Source of the DNA: an uncultured Bacteroidota bacterium
GTDB lineage: Bacteria; Bacteroidota; Bacteroidia; Bacteroidales; VadinHA17
DNA: 64,000 bases
NCBI GenBank assembly: GCA_903844815.1
Contig: CAIMVD010000375.1
Location: forward strand, 8,918 to 72,917
Direction of reading: 5' to 3'
Both the position numbers and the translations under genes were made by a program. Shown one piece after another: positions 62,947 to 64,000 of this stretch. Under the pieces are notes generated by a model. The model did not search any database. It was given only the letters and a program-made list of their open reading frames with translations, and had not been told where the DNA came from. Each line of letters starts with the position of its first letter. Position 1 is the first letter of the stretch.

Positions 62947-64000
62947 ATGACAATTATGCTTTCCCTGAAGATTTTTTTTTGGCTTATGCTTTTCATTATA
63001 TTCTATTCGTATGTCGGCTATGGAATACTGTTATTCGCGATAATCAAAATCAGAAGGCTGCTTGGCTTAAACAGGCGAAAGAAATCTGATGAAGTATATG
63101 AGCCTGAGGTAACTCTGTTCATTGCAGCCTATAACGAAAGTGATTTCGTCGATCAAAAAATGAAAAACTGCAGGGAACTGGACTATCCCGCCGATAGGGT
63201 CCGAATAGTTTGGGTCACCGACGGATCGAACGACGGCACCCCGGATCTGCTGAGAAAATATTCAGGAGTTGATGTGCACCATATTCCCGAACGCAACGGT
63301 AAAATAGGCGCTATGAACAGGGGAATGAAACTCGTAAAAAGCCCCATCGTGATATTCAGTGATGCTAACACCCTCTTAGGAAAGGAATCCGTACGCCGCA
63401 TAGTGAAACTTTTCAGCGACCCGGTTGTAGGATGTGTTTCAGGGGAAAAAAGGATATTCAGCCGAGAGAAGGATACTGCGGCAGGTGCCGGCGAAGGTCT
63501 GTACTGGAAATATGAATCAGCACTTAAAAAATGGGATGCCGAACTCTATTCCGTCGTTGGTGCCGCAGGCGAATTATTTGCAATAAGGACCGGGCTTTAT
63601 CGTGAAGTCGAACCCGATACTATTCTTGATGATTTCATAATTTCACTTCGGGTTGCCCAGGAAGGCTACACAATTCAATACGATCCGGAAGCATATGCCA
63701 TAGAGACGGCTTCGGCTGACATAAAAGAAGAACTGAAAAGGAAGGTAAGGATTTCTGCTGGCGGCATTCAGTCGGTTGTGAGGCTTAGTTCGTTAATCAA
63801 TATCTTCAAATATGGTACCCTTTCGTTTCAGTATATCTCTCACAGGGTTCTTCGTTGGACACTGGCTCCTCTCTCTCTTCTGCTGTTGATACCCGCAAAT
63901 CTGGCTTTAGCCTTAGGCGAAGGCTTTCTCCGGTTTGGAATGTATGACTCGCTTTTCTGGCTTCAGCTCCTTTTTTATGTTGCGGCACTTGCAGGATGGT
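62947..64000 (+). CDS. Membrane-anchored family 2 glycosyltransferase, synthase-like (3' end runs off the window)
   Basis: Not in the track because it has no in-window stop. Manual translation from the ATG at 62947: MTIMLSLKIFFWLMLFIIFYSYVGYGILLFAI...VTLFIAAYNESDFV...TDGSNDGT...FSDANT...GAAGELFAIR...LDDF...RKVRISAGGIQ..., then C-terminal TMs. Confidence 0.75.
   Translation, partial: MTIMLSLKIFFWLMLFIIFYSYVGYGILLFAIIKIRRLLGLNRRKKSDEVYEPEVTLFIAAYNESDFVDQKMKNCRELDYPADRVRIVWVTDGSNDGTPDLLRKYSGVDVHHIPERNGKIGAMNRGMKLVKSPIVIFSDANTLLGKESVRRIVKLFSDPVVGCVSGEKRIFSREKDTAAGAGEGLYWKYESALKKWDAELYSVVGAAGELFAIRTGLYREVEPDTILDDFIISLRVAQEGYTIQYDPEAYAIETASADIKEELKRKVRISAGGIQSVVRLSSLINIFKYGTLSFQYISHRVLRWTLAPLSLLLLIPANLALALGEGFLRFGMYDSLFWLQLLFYVAALAGW

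Overview
This looks like a Bacteroidota chromosomal segment. Supporting signs are T9SS type A and type B C-terminal sorting domains, a PorP/SprF gene, SprB repeats and TAnnTTTG-like -7 boxes. All calls come from reading the sequence and the ORF track; no database search was possible.

Layout:
(1) 1-15.3 kb, minus strand: a partial porP/sprF-like gene and a 14.4-kb gene for a ~4800-aa SprB-like adhesin. The adhesin has four beta-helix super-modules, PKD/Ig-like domains, nine tandem ~88-aa domains, six SprB repeats and a type B CTD.
(2) 15.8-17.7 kb: tRNA-Val(TAC). A perfect 50-bp copy of its 3' end lies 1.8 kb downstream. The two copies bracket a two-gene Doc-toxin module with no integrase.
(3) 17.8-28.8 kb: signalling genes (TPR histidine kinase, YfiR-like/SpoIIE phosphatase, PocR-PAS kinase, REC-PAS kinase) plus an LruC-domain lipoprotein.
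(4) 29.0-35.6 kb: an OmpA-family gene, three tandem lipoprotein HlyD-type adaptors and one MacB-type FtsX permease. No ATPase or TolC gene is adjacent.
(5) 36.1-39.4 kb: a T9SS type A cargo gene, uxs and ugd (UDP-xylose supply).
(6) 39.4-40.3 kb: a long divergent intergenic region holding a ~194-bp MITE-like hairpin element built around C6/G6 blocks.
(7) 40.3-64 kb: a hybrid kinase (REC-HPt), a stand-alone receiver, and a pseudo-receiver-fused priming phosphoglycosyltransferase that heads a Wzx/Wzy polysaccharide locus. The locus contains a half-size TolC-like protein, a Wzc-like co-polymerase, Wzy, Wzx, a nitroreductase, a pyruvyl transferase, a PRTase/HAD-like fusion, seven glycosyltransferases and two acyltransferases.

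Best candidates for something undescribed:
- the att-flanked Doc module with a 336-aa partner;
- the phosphorelay-wired polysaccharide locus with a half-TolC in place of Wza;
- the triple-adaptor, ATPase-less MacB-type operon.

No CRISPR array, rRNA, integrase or transposase was found.
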